Positions 1 to 14,149 of a stretch of DNA of 64,000 nt are shown here, piece after piece; position 1 is the stretch's first letter, and each line of letters begins with the position of its first letter. The notes under the pieces are model-generated. The model ran no database searches, had not been told where the DNA came from, and saw only the letters and a program-made list of their open reading frames with translations. A program made the position numbers and the translations under genes. Origin of the DNA: Octopus sinensis (Eukaryota). The stretch lies in assembly GCF_006345805.1 (NCBI RefSeq), contig NC_042999.1, positions 97,588,001 through 97,652,000 of the forward strand. Direction: 5' to 3'.

Positions 1-279
1 GGTCATGGGCAAATAAACAAACATACGAAAACAAAAATACAAACAGAGAGAGAGACGGCAGGTTTAAACTGGTTTCCTTCAATTCTGCTGTTTAGTGACA
101 GGTAATGTGAAAATTATTGTTAAGTGAATGCTTTGTTGTGTGGAAGCTGTTGCTACATTGAGCAAGTAACTACATACAAAACTTTTAACCAAATTTTTTT
201 TTATAGAATGACTGTGAGTTAGTGCATGGGTAAATTGAAGTATAATATATCTATTGTACAATGCACAGTGAATTAGAAT

Positions 280-530
280 GTGGGGTACAGTAAAGTTGTA
301 TGGTGAACTGGTAATGGACATACAGTAAAGTTGTGCATAGTGACCTGATGTTTGACATATTGAAGTTGTAGATGGTGAACCAGTGTGTAAGATGTAGGTA
401 TGTCGTATATGGTGAACTGGTATGTGACATACAGTGAAGGTGTGTATAATGAACTGATGTGTGACATATAATAGAGTGTGATAAACTGGTATGTAGTAAT
501 CTGATATATTGTAAACTGAAATGTAATGAG
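280..530. repeat. Degenerate minisatellite (tggtgaactggtatgtgacatacagt-like units)
   Basis: Recurrent gaactgg/gaactga..gtgacata motifs at roughly 35-40 bp spacing. Confidence 0.55.
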
Positions 531-3422
531 TTGATTAAAGTTTAACCACTCGTGAATATCAATAATCAATGGTACTGGTTAATGAGAATGGCTTGGTAGC
601 ATGTACTGTGCTTTTGCTAATTGTTTTAGGTGCCTTCTCAGACCTCTCACTCTTGACCTAGCAGACTTTCCAGGATGTGGTAGTTGGAGGAAGAGAGAAC
701 TGCATCATTTCAAGTGAGAAGATTGGAGCAATATGAAATGAAGTGCCTTGCTTAAGGGAACACAATTTGTGGTCCAGGGATTGAGCCTATAACTTTATGA
801 TCATGAAATCAACATACAGAAAAAAAAGTACTCAGAACAACTGTTATTACATTATTTACATTCAATGGATATTTGTCCTCATCTTGTTTGTTGTTAACAC
901 AACATTTCAGCAGATATACCCTCCAGCCTTCTTCAGGTGTCTTGGGGAAATTTCGAACTGTAACTATGTTATTGTTTAAACTTAGATCAGATATTATTCA
1001 GTTGACTTAGAATCAAAAACATTCAAGCCTTGACTATCCTGCCATTTCTTTTTTAGGAATAGTGTATCTTGGATTATATCATTTAATGTGTCCTTTCTCT
1101 TTCAAGATAGTGAGGTGCTATTTGAGAGAAATTTGGCTGCTATTTCTCACAGGTTAAACAATCACAGAGACTGCTTTATTGACTTGCCTAATTCAATGTT
1201 GTTGTTTAGCCCCAGGTCAGTCCAGATCAAGTAATCCTACAATCAAAGCATTCCAGGTGTGACTATCCCAACTTTATTCAAGCAAAGCTATTTAGACAAT
1301 ATCATAAAATCTAGCCTTCCGTTTTTTAATAAGGACGTAATTTTGGCGGAGATTTAGTTGCAATTTTTAACAAGTCAGGTCAATCAAACATGAAAAGATT
1401 TTCTCATTAGTTTGTTTACAATGGCATAGGGATGAATCAGCATGCAGGGTACAGTAATTGCATCTGGAGGTCTAAGTTTGGTTTGGTTTTCTTTTTTATA
1501 TTTTGCAAAATGAGTTTGTCACAGGTGGAATGGCAATGCTCACAACCTTTCTTTCAGCCAGCAGAAGTTTACCCAGACAAGAGACCAGGTCTGACCACTT
1601 ACAACAGAATGGTCCCGCTAAAAGCACCTGAAGGCAACAGGTTAACTCTACCATCCCCAAAACAAGAATGACCCTTCCAATAGGTTTCCACACAGTTTTC
1701 ATCAATCAAATTTCTCTAACAAGGCTTTGGCTTACCTGAAGCCCCAGTTGAAGACACTATCGAACAAGAAAGCATGTAGTTGTGAAGATTGGCCAAAAGT
1801 TTCAAGAATTCATTGATTATGATGATGATGATGGTATCAGGTATTTCCTTAGGGAAGGCCCTATTATAGGACTTTATTGCAGGGTCAACTTTATTGTTAT
1901 ACTATTACTTATGCAAGGTCAAATTTGAGAGAGAAGTTTACAGTCTGTAAAGTCAAATAACAAAATTTTACACCTTTGAAGATGACAAGGTATGGGAGCC
2001 TCTATGTGGTTACTCAGCTTGCTAGAAACAGCAACCAATTCTTGCTCAAATTACTTCCTACCATCTTGAAAAATGGGACATATCTTTAACACCCAAGATA
2101 AAAATGTAATGGTCATGGCTGAAATGTCTTTGATCATAGGTTTGCTCAGTCAGAACTGACTTATAGCTTGTATGTGATCATTCAACCAGCAATAAATCAC
2201 ACTCTATCTTAAATAAAGAAGGATGCACTCAACAAAATGTAGTCCCTGATATACAAAAAGACCAGATGACCATGGCTGGAATGTCCTCCATTATAAGACA
2301 GCTTGAGTAGGGCTGACCTAGGACTAAAAAACAACATTTCTTTCTATAAATACCACAACATATAGTGAGGTTGTGAATGTTGTTATGTTTTCTAAATCTT
2401 TTCTCTTTAATAAAGATTGGTTAGTATTATATTTTTTTAGAGTAATTGAATGACAGACTTAATGTTTAGTGACTCTTTTTAATTATGTCTCTTTATGTCC
2501 TAAGCATAAGTCCCTTCAAGATGGAGAAAATAAGTTCATTTATATATTGGGGCTGATTCAAATCACTCTATCACTTCCTTAAAATCTTTTGGCTCCTAAA
2601 CCTTAACAGAAGTTTAAGGGCTCTCTCTGGTGAAGAGGATTGACCTGTAAGAGTCCTGTGTCAGTGCCACACAAAAAAGCACTAGTTCCAGTTCCACATG
2701 AAAATGTTCATGCAGTACACATTAAAAGCACACAGCACACATTGTAAAGTGGTTGGCATTAGCAAGGGCATCCTGCTGTAGAAACCATGCCAAATCTGAC
2801 TGGAACCTGGTGTGCAGCTCTCCGGCTTGCCAGCTCTGGTCAAACCCTCCAACCCATGCCAGCATGGAAATTGGACATTAAATGGTGATGATGATAACTC
2901 ACTATTTTCTCTCTTGAAGGTGGCAAGTTGGCAGAATCATTAGCATGCTGGACAAAATGCCTAGCAGCATTTCTTCCACCTCATTACATTCCAAGTTCAA
3001 ATTCTGCTGAGACCAGCTTTCCTTTTCATCCTTTCAGAGTCAATTAAATAAAGTACCAGTCAAGTATTGGGGTTGATGTAATCAACTTACCCCTCCCCTC
3101 AAAGCTGCATACTCTGCACCAACATTAGAAAACAATATTTTCTTTCTTGCATAATTTTTATCTGACATTAAGTTGAAACAGGTATTGCATTACAGCAAAG
3201 TCATGCTTACCATTCATAAACACACACACACACACAATTATTGTTTATTTGTTGCACATGATACACTCATGATATATAATCTCTCTCTCTCTCTCTCTCT
3301 GTGGGTTTCAATTCTATGCCGCAATACAATGGTACAAATACCACAGTATACCAGTATGCTGCAAGGAATGTCTAGGTGTACTGTGGATTCCTAAAATTAA
3401 GGCTTTAGAAAATGCATAGAAA

Positions 3423-5500
3423 TGTTTAAGTCTTGGAAACTTGTGCGTGGGAAAAAAAAAAGAGGTCACCTACCTTCCTCTCTCATCTGCGCCTGTCTAA
3501 TAGTAGTTACTCTGGTGATCCTGTCCTACCCTGTCACCCAATAATAAGCAGCTGCTATCTCCAACTTGAGAGCAAATTCCCACATGCCCATTTGCAATGC
3601 CTCGGTCGGCCAAAAGAGAATAACTTTCTCCTGTCCCCCCTTCTGTTTCATGCTTCTTCTTCCTGTCAGTCCCTTGACCATTGACATCATGGCCCTCTTC
3701 TTCTGGCTCAGCCCCACACACCCCTACCCCCAATCTCAAAGATCACCTCCTCACTTCACTCTGTATTGAAATCTACCACCCACCCAGATGGGTGCCTTGC
3801 ATGTTGTGACCTTCTTAAACTGGGAACCTCGTTGTCTTCCTCTTCTCCACAATCATCATCTGATAAAGCAACAATCCTATGAACATCCAAGACATGATGC
3901 AGCAGTCCATTGACAGGGATGTTGTTTTTGGAATTGACAACCACTACTATTCCTCTGTACCACTGAGTTGTGCTGCGTGCATTTTGGTAGCTCGACCCAG
4001 ACTTCATTTCCCACCTCCATGAAGTCAGGTCCCCTCTCTTCTACATGGCATCTCAATGGTTTACTCAGACGCTGCCATTCATATTTGAATATCGCTCTAT
4101 GTGACATGGACTCTTCAGCCTGTCCTGATTGGGGTGACATGTTGTACCAGAACACCACTTCCAGCAGTGAGACATCTCCCCTCTCCACCATGGCCTTGAT
4201 TGTTTGATGATGTCTCTCCACAATCCCATTTCCACTTGGCCTGTATACGGCTCTAAAAAAGCGATGCACTTTCCACCTGTCAAGCATCTCCTTTGGCGCC
4301 TCCGAACAAAATGCTGTGCTGTTGTCCATCAGCAATTCATCCACAGGGCCCCACTCTAAGAATACCTCATTTAGAATACATGGTATCTTGTCTGCTGTAC
4401 CTGTCCTCAATTCCCTTCAAATGGCCATCTGGCCCGGCCCACAATCGACCATTGAGAGATACGTCCCCTATCGGCAGTGTGTTATATCCACTGCTAATTG
4501 TCTCCAGTTGTGCTATACCGAAACATTTCCCTGCTCATGCACACCTAGAGCAGGGTCGATGGATTGACACCTGTCGCAGTTCCTGACCACCTTCTGGATA
4601 CCCCATCTGGTAACATCAGTGTTAATCCTCCTAATGAGATACAGAGTCCTATCCACGCCCATATGATGCATGGCATGCAGTCTCCTTAGCTTGGAGTCAT
4701 TTAACTGACACACCACGGCTACCCCTTGCTTTGATTCTTCCAGCTCCCCTAACCAGGCCTTTTTTACCCTGGTTAGAGTGTCTGCCTTGTTTCCTCTCTG
4801 AAGGCACAAAAACCACATTCAGCTTCAGGCTGACCTTGCCATTCAGCTCCCCTAGAATCCCTAGGCGGTGCTTCACTAGCATTTCCGCAGCCCCTTTGGT
4901 TCACACCTTCTTCTTGTTGGTGATCACTGATCTTACCCAGCCAAATACAGTAGCTGAATCCGTCCTGATTTCGATGAGGCACAGCCCCCATTTTAGGGCC
5001 AAATTCACTCCCTTCAGCACTGTGTCCAACTCAGCGACATAGTTGTAGTTGTCTGCTTTTTGAAGCCAGGTGGCATCCTCTACTTTGGTACTTCCGATCT
5101 CCAACATGCTGCCTATTGCAATACTGCTAGCATCACACCCTACGATCCCACTATCCAATTTGGGCACATGCCAGTTCCTTCTGACTGGGTCTTTCACTCT
5201 CATCCTCTCTAGGATTTCTAACATCATCACCACTGTCCCCTCTCCCACCTTATCACTCCAGTTCTCTCCTTCTGCTTGTCTCTTGGTGTAACTTCATGCC
5301 ATACACAGCCACTCCATGATAGGGTAGTGACCTACTAACTTCCCGCACATTGAAAACAGTTCTCTCTTTCTGACGTTGGTACCCAGCTCCGGGATCTCAT
5401 TCCCTCTATGAAACACCAACTCACCTGTTCTATTTCCCTGAAGCTTAAGCCCCAGTGCATCTCCTCCAGCCATTGTGAATAAGTTTCCCCACAGAAACTT
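3423..5500 (-). mobile_element. Degenerate, 5'-truncated Gypsy-type LTR retrotransposon (RT C-terminus, RNase H, integrase, probable 3' LTR)
   Basis: RT end RELFSMCGKLVGHYP (5294-5400). RNase H CDASS..AELD..IRTDSATV (4901-5248). HHCC zinc finger RLHAMHHMGVDRTL..NCDRC (4513-4818). Integrase core LMDNSTAF..YRPSGNGIVERHHQTIK (3877-4410). A purine-rich tract precedes a TG...CA segment at 3745-3423. Stops and frameshifts throughout. Confidence 0.88.
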
Positions 5501-5773
5501 ATTCACAATTTTGTTATACACAAGTATTATTAATAAAACAAGTTATCTTTTATCTTTTACTTGTTTCTAGCATTGGACAGTGGCCATGCTGGGGCACTAC
5601 TTTAAAGGGTTTTAGTTGAACAAATTGACCCTTACTTAGTTTTTAAAGTCTAGCATTTATCTAATTAGTCTCTTTTGCCAAACCACTAAGTTAGGGGACG
5701 TAAACAAACAAGCACCAGTTGTCAAAAAGAGTGGTGAAAGACACAAACATATATACACATATAGAAACAGGTA

Positions 5774-5810
<37 letters not shown>

Positions 5811-6969
5811 TATGGGTATTTTTCAATTTCTATCTACCAAAACTACTCACAAGGCTTCTGTCAGCCTTGTGCTATAGTAGAAGACACTTGTTCAAGGTAC
5901 CAAACCGTGAGACTGAACCTGGAATCATGCGGTTGGAAAGCAAGATTCTTGACACACAGTCATGCCTGTGCCTGTAGTTAGCCAATGGTTTTCTATATTT
6001 TTACCTAAATTTTTAAGCTTAAAATCCAAAGATTTTTTTAAAACTTTCCATGTGAAGTGTACTAATAATTTTTTGTTTGATCTCTATGTTTGAAGTCGAT
6101 GGTGCTAAGAGCAATGGACTTGCAACAGCTGAAGAAATACAGAGATTGTTGTATCATTGGCTCAGAAACTTGATGTCCTGTATGTGAGTCGCCTTACCTG
6201 TATTATTCAATAAATATAGTATTTTATTTCCAATGATATTGAGGTCTACCACTTTTGACATTGCAGGTGATTTGTCAAGATATATATACACATATATACA
6301 TACATGCACACAGGACGGGCCAAAAGTCATGCACCAAATAAGTAAAAACATGCTTCAAATTTTCTAAAATTGAATAAAATGATGAATACACATGTACTTG
6401 TAGGTCATGAGCAAAATAAATAATAATAATAATAATAATCTATATATATATAAAACTGAGAATGTGTGTGTGTGTGTTCATCACTAAAACTCAAGAACTA
6501 CCCAACTAATTTCATTCAAATTTTACACATGCCTTACTTAGGGTCCATGCTGTGACACACACACACACAATATATATATATATATATGCACGCACACACA
6601 CACACACCAAAATAAATATCAAATGGAAATTGTAGTTGTGATACCTGTGCCGGTGGCATGTAAAAAGCACCATCCGAATGTGGCCGCTGCCTTGACTGGC
6701 TTCTGTGCCAGTGGCATGTAAAAAGCACCAACTGATCATGGCTGCTGTCAACCTCCCCTGGCACCTGTGCCAGTGGCACATAAAAAGCACCCACTACACT
6801 CACGGAGTTGTTGGCATTAGGAAGGGCATTCAGCTGTAGAAACACTGCCAGATCAGACTGGAGTCTGGTGCAGCCTCCAGGTTTCCCAGACCCCAGTCGA
6901 ACCAGCCAACCCGTGCTAGCACGGAAAACAGATGTTAAACGATGATGATGATGATGATATATATGTACA

Positions 6970-7375
6970 TATAAGGCAAATAAGAAAATGGAGAGGATAT
7001 ACAATCGACAAACATCAGCCTGTAAACATTCAATTATATCTATTTATTAATTGTTTACAAACATATGTGTAATTGATACGAGTAAACGAATGAAATAAGC
7101 CAATAAATACGTAAACATTATATATATATATATATATATACAAAATAAATGTATAATAATAGATGAGTGTACAGATTAGTATCTGTACACTCATGTATTA
7201 TTATCCATGTATTTGTATATATATATATATCTGTTTACATAATTATTGGCTTATTTCATGTTTACTTGTATCACTTACACTTGTTTTTAACCAATTAATA
7301 AATAGATATAATTGAATGTTTACTGGCTGATGTTTGTCGATTGTATATCCTCTCCATTTTCTTATTTGCCTTATA
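6970..7375. repeat. About 400-bp fold-back inverted repeat
   Basis: 6970-7120 is a near-exact reverse complement of 7225-7375. The centre is also palindromic (atgagtgtacagat-tagt-atctgtacactcat). Confidence 0.9.
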
Positions 7376-10084
7376 AATCCTGGGTAAATTTCTAATTTAC
7401 CCCCACCCATACTTAGTATTGAATTGTGATATTGTCATGCAATAGTAAGCACTTGGTTATAAATATGTAGGTACATATCCAGTAGTATATTGGATATTTA
7501 ATATCGCTTAGATAGTTTCTTAACCTCTAACTCATACAGACATATATGTGTGTGTATATATATAGATATACATGTTTATATACATATACATGGCTATATA
7601 TATATATATGGATGTATGTATATATGTGTACCTGTGTTTGTACCCCCATTAATGCTTGACAGCCGATGTTGCTGTGTTTATGTACCCATAACTTAGCCAT
7701 TTGGCAAAACACACCGATAGAATAAGTACTAGACTTACAAAGAATAAATCCTGGGGTCAATTTCTTTGACTAAAAGTAGTGCTCCAGTATGGCCATAGTC
7801 ATATGACTGAAACAAGTAAAACGATAAAAAAAACTATGACATTTTAACCCCAAGCAACGCCAGGTATCTCTGCTAGTGTAATATAAATGTGAAATGTTTT
7901 GGTGTGAGACTTTTGGCCCACCCTATACATACACACACACACACACACATACACTATGCTACAGTAGAAGAGGCTTGCCCAAGGTGCCATGCAATGGGAC
8001 TGAGCTTGCAGCCATGTAGTTATGAAGCAAACTTCTCAACCACTCAGCCACACATGCACCTATATAGTATATATAAATTACCATTAGGTCCCCTAAACCT
8101 GTAAGACAACTGCTCAGTGTGATCATACCTTAAAATGGCAAGGTGTATGTATAAATGATCAGGATGTAGGTGTACAATGAAAAATCAATACTAGCTGCCA
8201 AAAGAGAATCTGATTAATGATTAAATTAAATAATGTGTGTCAAACTTTGAACTTTTTGGCATACTGTGAGGCAAAGCAGAGACTAACATTCCAAGCAGAG
8301 TGCTCTCTTATTAGAAGAGAAATATCTCTATATCACTCTGCCACAATATGCCTCACTTTTGTTTAACCCAAATTCAATTTACGATGTCACAGACATTAAA
8401 TAAGCTACCAATTTTAGTGACTTTTAATTATAGAGCTTACTGTCGATTTACTCTATTACTCATGTCTGTGCTATAAAAATTCATGCAAGGTTTCAGCTGT
8501 CAAGATGGTCACAGTTGGAATACCTTTGATCACAGGTCTGCTCCACATGGGGTAAAACACAATAATATTCATACAAAGATTACTCCATTTTCTCTGTTGA
8601 GGTATAGTAATGCTTGAAATTTTAGTATCTTCTTTATCTCGTCATACATCTTCGGGTTCATTCTAATTTAATTCTTACTAACACAATCTATAACCAGATC
8701 ATGTATTCTATTGACTGTTCTTTTACTATACGTTTAATATTCATGCAACTGTTTATTATATAAATGATTTCTCTGTACATTAACATGAAAAAATATAAAC
8801 TTATAGGTTGGCCATATCCTGTGATAAACTTATAATTACATGTCCTCTACTTCCAAATTTTTCTCCACTTTTTCCTTTCTTTTTTATATGACTTAGTCTG
8901 AGAAGGAAAGGTAGCCTCCAAACCCCTTTCAGGACCTTGAGACTGATGTGAGAAAGTGAAACAAGTTATCCTTAGACTGGTGACATAGCTCAACTGCTCA
9001 CAATGCTGCAGTATACTCCGTTGATGCTACCCAAAGGTCAAGAATGTGTAAGACTGGGTGATGGATTAAGTCCTATGAACAAAAAAGATCCCTACAACAA
9101 TCTTCTAAACAGTTTCAATCCACCAAATTTTACTCTTAAGGCTTTCAAGTTGCTGTGTAATATGACTGAACTTGAAACTGTGCAGTAACTAACTGAACTT
9201 CTTAATCACATGGTCTTGGCTGTGCTCAGTTTATTGTCAGATATTAATGTCACTTACTTGAACATTAATGGGTAATCAGTCTCGTTGACTTCTTATAGAA
9301 ACCAATGGCTACTAGCTCCTCTTTTACTTGCACCCCAATATTGCAAACTACCAAATTACAGGTCAAATTTACAATATCTACAATTTTCAGCTTGAGAATT
9401 TATGATTGAAATTTCTTGGTTGGTGCAGGGAGTAGGAACCATAGACTTCTCAGTTGCCTGTCTTATTAACTCAGACACCTGTTTTTCATGTAACAAGTTG
9501 TTATTTATGTACTACTTGTCAGTGTCTTACTAGATATGACAGTTGGAATGCTACCTAAATAAAGGTTTATGAGTCTAATCTCAGCTTGAGAAATAGCAGA
9601 AATGAATGAAACAGTGTACTCTTAAAAAAGAAAAAAAAAACCTGAGAAAAACTGAGGTTAACAATCTGAGAAACTTTCTGCTGTCTCTTATAATTTAGTA
9701 CTAAACAATGAGCCATTGAAGTATCGCCCTTATGTCTGGTCTTTGTTTCTATAAATAGTGATTTTCTACTTTGACGAAAGACAAAATATTGGAAAGAAAT
9801 ATAGATAATGAATCAACTTCAACATATTACAAGTACCTACTTCATCAATCTTTGTATTTATTTGGTTTAGTATACCTAGTTCAGTACCTAGTGATAAATA
9901 CAATAATATATGTATGCAGTTTGTTTCTCCACCTTATGCTTTCAATTTATAAATGTTGGAATTACATTTGTGGGATTTGAACTGAGAAACTGGACGGACA
10001 AAGCTAAATATTGAAAACCATTTTGTGCTGTGTTCTTATGTTTCTGTCACATTGCTCCTCTCTTGTAAGGAGTAATTATATCTT

Positions 10085-10429
10085 CTAAATGTTTCTCAAC
10101 TGAACAAAGAGTTTTAGTGTGTGTGGTAGCCCCAGTTGTTCGAGTCCCTTCTCAAGTTTACCAACATAGTTTTCTTTCAGAGTTTGTCGTATAGTTTTCC
10201 GACATAATGACTGCAGTGAAGGCAACACAGGTGATGTGGTGTAGCCAAGTCCGGTGAGATATTCGCGCATTTCTTTCATGTGCAGAAGATTTGTCCTACA
10301 TGTATTCAGTGAGTGTATATCTGTATAACCCCGTTCATAAATATAAGACAGATTTAACAGGAATGTCAATACAGTTTTGTAAATTTGTTCTGGTGAAAGC
10401 TGGCAGGATAACAGAGCCATGTTAACTAT
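10085..10429 (-). CDS. ASB-family protein, last coding exon with C-terminal SOCS box
   Basis: Acceptor gttttcag|ATA at 10429 is phase 0, matching the previous exon. The exon ends LPSLQSLCRKTIRQTLKENYVGKLEKGLEQLGLPHTLKLFVQLRNI*, matching the SOCS-box pattern (BC box LxxLCRxxIR, Cullin box LPxxL). A candidate AATAAA lies on the minus strand at 9857-9862. Confidence 0.9.
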   Translation of the reverse strand: MVNMALLSCQLSPEQIYKTVLTFLLNLSYIYERGYTDIHSLNTCRTNLLHMKEMREYLTGLGYTTSPVLPSLQSLCRKTIRQTLKENYVGKLEKGLEQLGLPHTLKLFVQLRNI

Positions 10430-11731
10430 CTGAAAACGATAAGAAAAAGAAAAAGAATAAATATTAGAAGTAAAACTGAGATTACATGCCTATTCAATGA
10501 AAATTGATGTTTGTAATTATATTTGTAATAACCAAACAAATTTCACCACAACAGAAAATGTTTTGTTCCGATATTATTGTTATAATTATCAAGAGCCTAT
10601 TGTATACAAAGCTCAATTTCAATCCAATTCAATTAGTTAATGTCAATTTAATTTATCAACATTTCTCCACATTGGAATAAATATTTCAAACTATAAAAGA
10701 ATTTATGAATAATCAATAGTATTTAATAATATTTATATAAAAGTAGAGAAAATATTGTTGCCAAAGACAGTGTAAAATGCTTACATTTAAGTTCATACAA
10801 GTGATGTTAGTTTAAAAACTTAATTTAATTATTCTCAAAACAAACAGGCATATATTCTGGAAGTTTTATTCTTATTAATCATTTCACCAATAAAGATGAA
10901 CAAAAGATAACAATGACTATTATTCTTCAAATAGCTGCAACTTAGATGCATTTTACCAAAATGTGCAAAGAATTCCTGTCCTCCATTAGCTTTGGTAGAT
11001 TCTTAATTTCATGTGGTGTATCTCTGCTAATAACATCAATGTAGTTGAGTCATCTTTGTCCTCTATTAGAGTGTGGAAGTCTCCAAAATAGAACATCTGA
11101 TATGGTCTGTTGTTCAGCATCATAGAAGTGGTCTGCAGTGGCTACCCTGCATGGAGAAATAATAGTAGAAATGGGCAAAATGCACCCACAAATCTCCTCT
11201 TTGAACTTGTGCACATGCCATGAGATGTTTTAAGCCCTCATAAGAAATATGGTGTATGTACCATCAAGACAATCTTGAAGCTCTTTCTTCATAGTTCAGG
11301 TTTCAGTTGCACAGAGAAGAATGGATATTGTTTACTAGTATATGCCTATAGTGAAGGCATGTGGCCTAGTGGTTAGGCTGTTGCACTCACAATCACCAGA
11401 TTATGTATTCAATTCCCAGACCGAGCAGCACATTGTGTTCTGAACATGACATAACTGGACTATATTATGTATTACTATTAATGAGTTAACAAAGGTACTC
11501 AACATGTTACAGATAGCAACCAAATCTCCCTCAAATCACATGCTACGAGCTTAAAGAAGGAAGAATACATCGTGTAATGTAGTCCTAAATATGCTGTCTA
11601 CAAAGGATGGTCCTGGACGGAATGTTTTTGCTCATTGATAAGCTCAATCAGAATTAACCTGAAAACAAACTGAACTGTATTCCATATCACGTCACAGTCT
11701 AATACTGACCACCACTTCAGACTAAACTTAC

Positions 11732-11912
11732 CATTTTATTAGTGTTCTGTAAAATGTAATAAAACACAGATGGACACCATGCAGGGCTGCTGAAGCTGCT
11801 ACCATTTCTTATAAGCATCATAATGATTTCAAAGTTTGGTTCCATTGCACGTACAGATACCATGAAGGGGCTGATGCCTTCGTTGTCAGCAGCATCAATT
11901 TTTGCACCATAA
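11732..11912 (-). CDS. ASB-family protein, internal ankyrin exon (181 bp)
   Basis: Acceptor catcccag|T at 11912 completes GAT (D), giving ELLLD-YGAKIDAADNEGISPFMVSVRAMEPNFEIIMMLIRNG, a seamless ankyrin continuation. Donor ATG|gtaagt at 11732 is phase 0. Confidence 0.9.
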
Positions 11913-12321
11913 CTGGGATGGAAAAAAAGCAAAGAAGGTCAGAGATTAAAAGATTAATAAAACAACAGATAAAGAGAATCAAAAGGCAATCTGTTTAATA
12001 ACACAAGAATTATTGGATTTGAAATATTTTTGCCTTTTTGTTAATTATTAAATCAAAAAGTCCATTGTGTGTGTTTGTGTGTGTGCACGCACAAACATTA
12101 CTGTCTCCATGACATCATGTGATAGTTATAAACGAGGATTATCAAGCAAATAGTGTCCTTTGTTTCCAATATTCTGTGAAAACATGTCTGGCCATGGGGA
12201 AATATCATCTTGCTTGGAAACAGATGACAAGAAGGACATCCAATCATGGAAAATCTGCCTTAACAAATTCCATCCAACCTATGTAACCATGGAAAATGGG
12301 ATGTAAAAAAATGATGATAAT

Positions 12322-12353
<32 letters not shown>

Positions 12354-14149
12354 TCATCATCATTTAACCTTTTTTAATTCTGGCATAGATTGGAGAACTC
12401 AGTATGAATCAGAGGGCCATACCAACTCCAATGTCTATGTCTACTTTGACATTGTTTCTACAGCTGGATGCCCTCCCTAACACCAACCACTTCACAGAGT
12501 GTATACTGGATGCTTTTGTTTGTGGCACCAGCACTGGGATGGTCATCAAGTACTCGCAAAACAAGATTCCTCAAATGAGTAGAGTGTAGAATTGAGGGAT
12601 ACGAAAGTATTACAGAGACACAGAAGCGGGTGTCTTACTGAAGAAATGAATACATAGCATCCCCACAATCCACACACATCCTTCACCCTCTTATTACATA
12701 TGCCTCTTATCACTCACCTATCTGTCATCCATGTCCCTATCACCCATGTTCTTATTATTCAAGTTTCTAGTGACCATGCTTTCATTGCTCATCTCTCAAT
12801 CATTCTCTCCTATATCTAGAAAAATGGTTCTTTACCATACATTGCTTCCAGTGTAACTAGAGATGCCACAGGATGCCACCCACTCTTAAACACTCCTACT
12901 CTACTTCTCTATCTTTATTATTCTAGTTCTCTTACCCAATATTTAAAGGGTTTCTTTCAATGGTTTAATCTTTGTTAGTTTCCTCCATACCTTCTTTTAT
13001 CATTTGTTGTTGTCCCAAGTTGACCCTAGTTGAATGAACTTATGAGTAAAGGTTTTCTAGCCATGACTACTTGATCTTTTTTATTATTCTAGATATAGCA
13101 TACCACAGATTACATTATCCATCAATTTATATCAGGTCCACATTAAGTAAGCATTGTAGGAGCTAAAAGCAAAATTTTTATATTTTCCCTTCATATGCTG
13201 TCAAAATGATATGGAGACATTGTGAATGAGATATGTCAACTGGATCAGCCAACAAAAGTTAAAAATAGAAATACAATCAAGGAAACTAATCTATTCTAGT
13301 TATAACTCATTTCAACAAGTACTGATATGTTAACCAATCTGAGTGAGTAAACTACACAGACAGCCGGATATAGAGCTGTATGAATGGTTAAGGGTAAAGT
13401 TCAGATCTAACTTGAATGGTACACAATACATATTGTGATCAATATTAAGATAGAGTGTTCACTAACATATTTGCTTGTTTTATACATGCAGTATATGTGG
13501 AATTTCCACAGTTATTTTAAAAACTATAAGATTATTGGAAGTTTATAGAGAACCATGTAGTAACATGATTTTTTTTAAAATAGCATTTAATATAATATAA
13601 ATGTTCTGTCTATGGTAGATTATGTCATTAATTTTACTCCATAGTTTATCATTACTTGTTATGAAAAATATAAATGTAGTGTGTATAACAGCTTATGTCT
13701 TTGATTTCATTCTATAATTATAATGTTACATACACAGAAGGTAGAAGAATGGTATTAGGTAACAGAAATGTAACAGTCATTCTTTAGAAATTGAAATTTA
13801 AGAAGATAATGTCAAGATGATGGCTATTGCTTTTGACTAAGGAACATGTTAAATCATCCAGGGATTTTTAAAAATATGAACTTCAGTCCAATATAAAAAA
13901 ATAAATAATAAGTAAATTTTTTGTTGTCACCTGCTAAGCAATACAAAAACTGTGAACTGATGATTTTATAAGCTAACATTTTTACTAACATCCTTAATAC
14001 AATAAACTGCTACGGTTCTTACTGGGTAGATGGATGGATGGCTCTCAGTTGTTTGACTGAGGGTTCAATTGTTCAACCAACTAAATTATCTGCTCAGATG
14101 TTACATACTGCAGAAAATCTTAGCCATACTACCATTCTACACTGGCAGA

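Noticed and set aside
630-713. Plus-strand exon-like segment (ttttag|G ... AA|gtgag)
   Set aside because: Overlaps the start of a SINE-like repeat; no recognisable protein and no partner exons.
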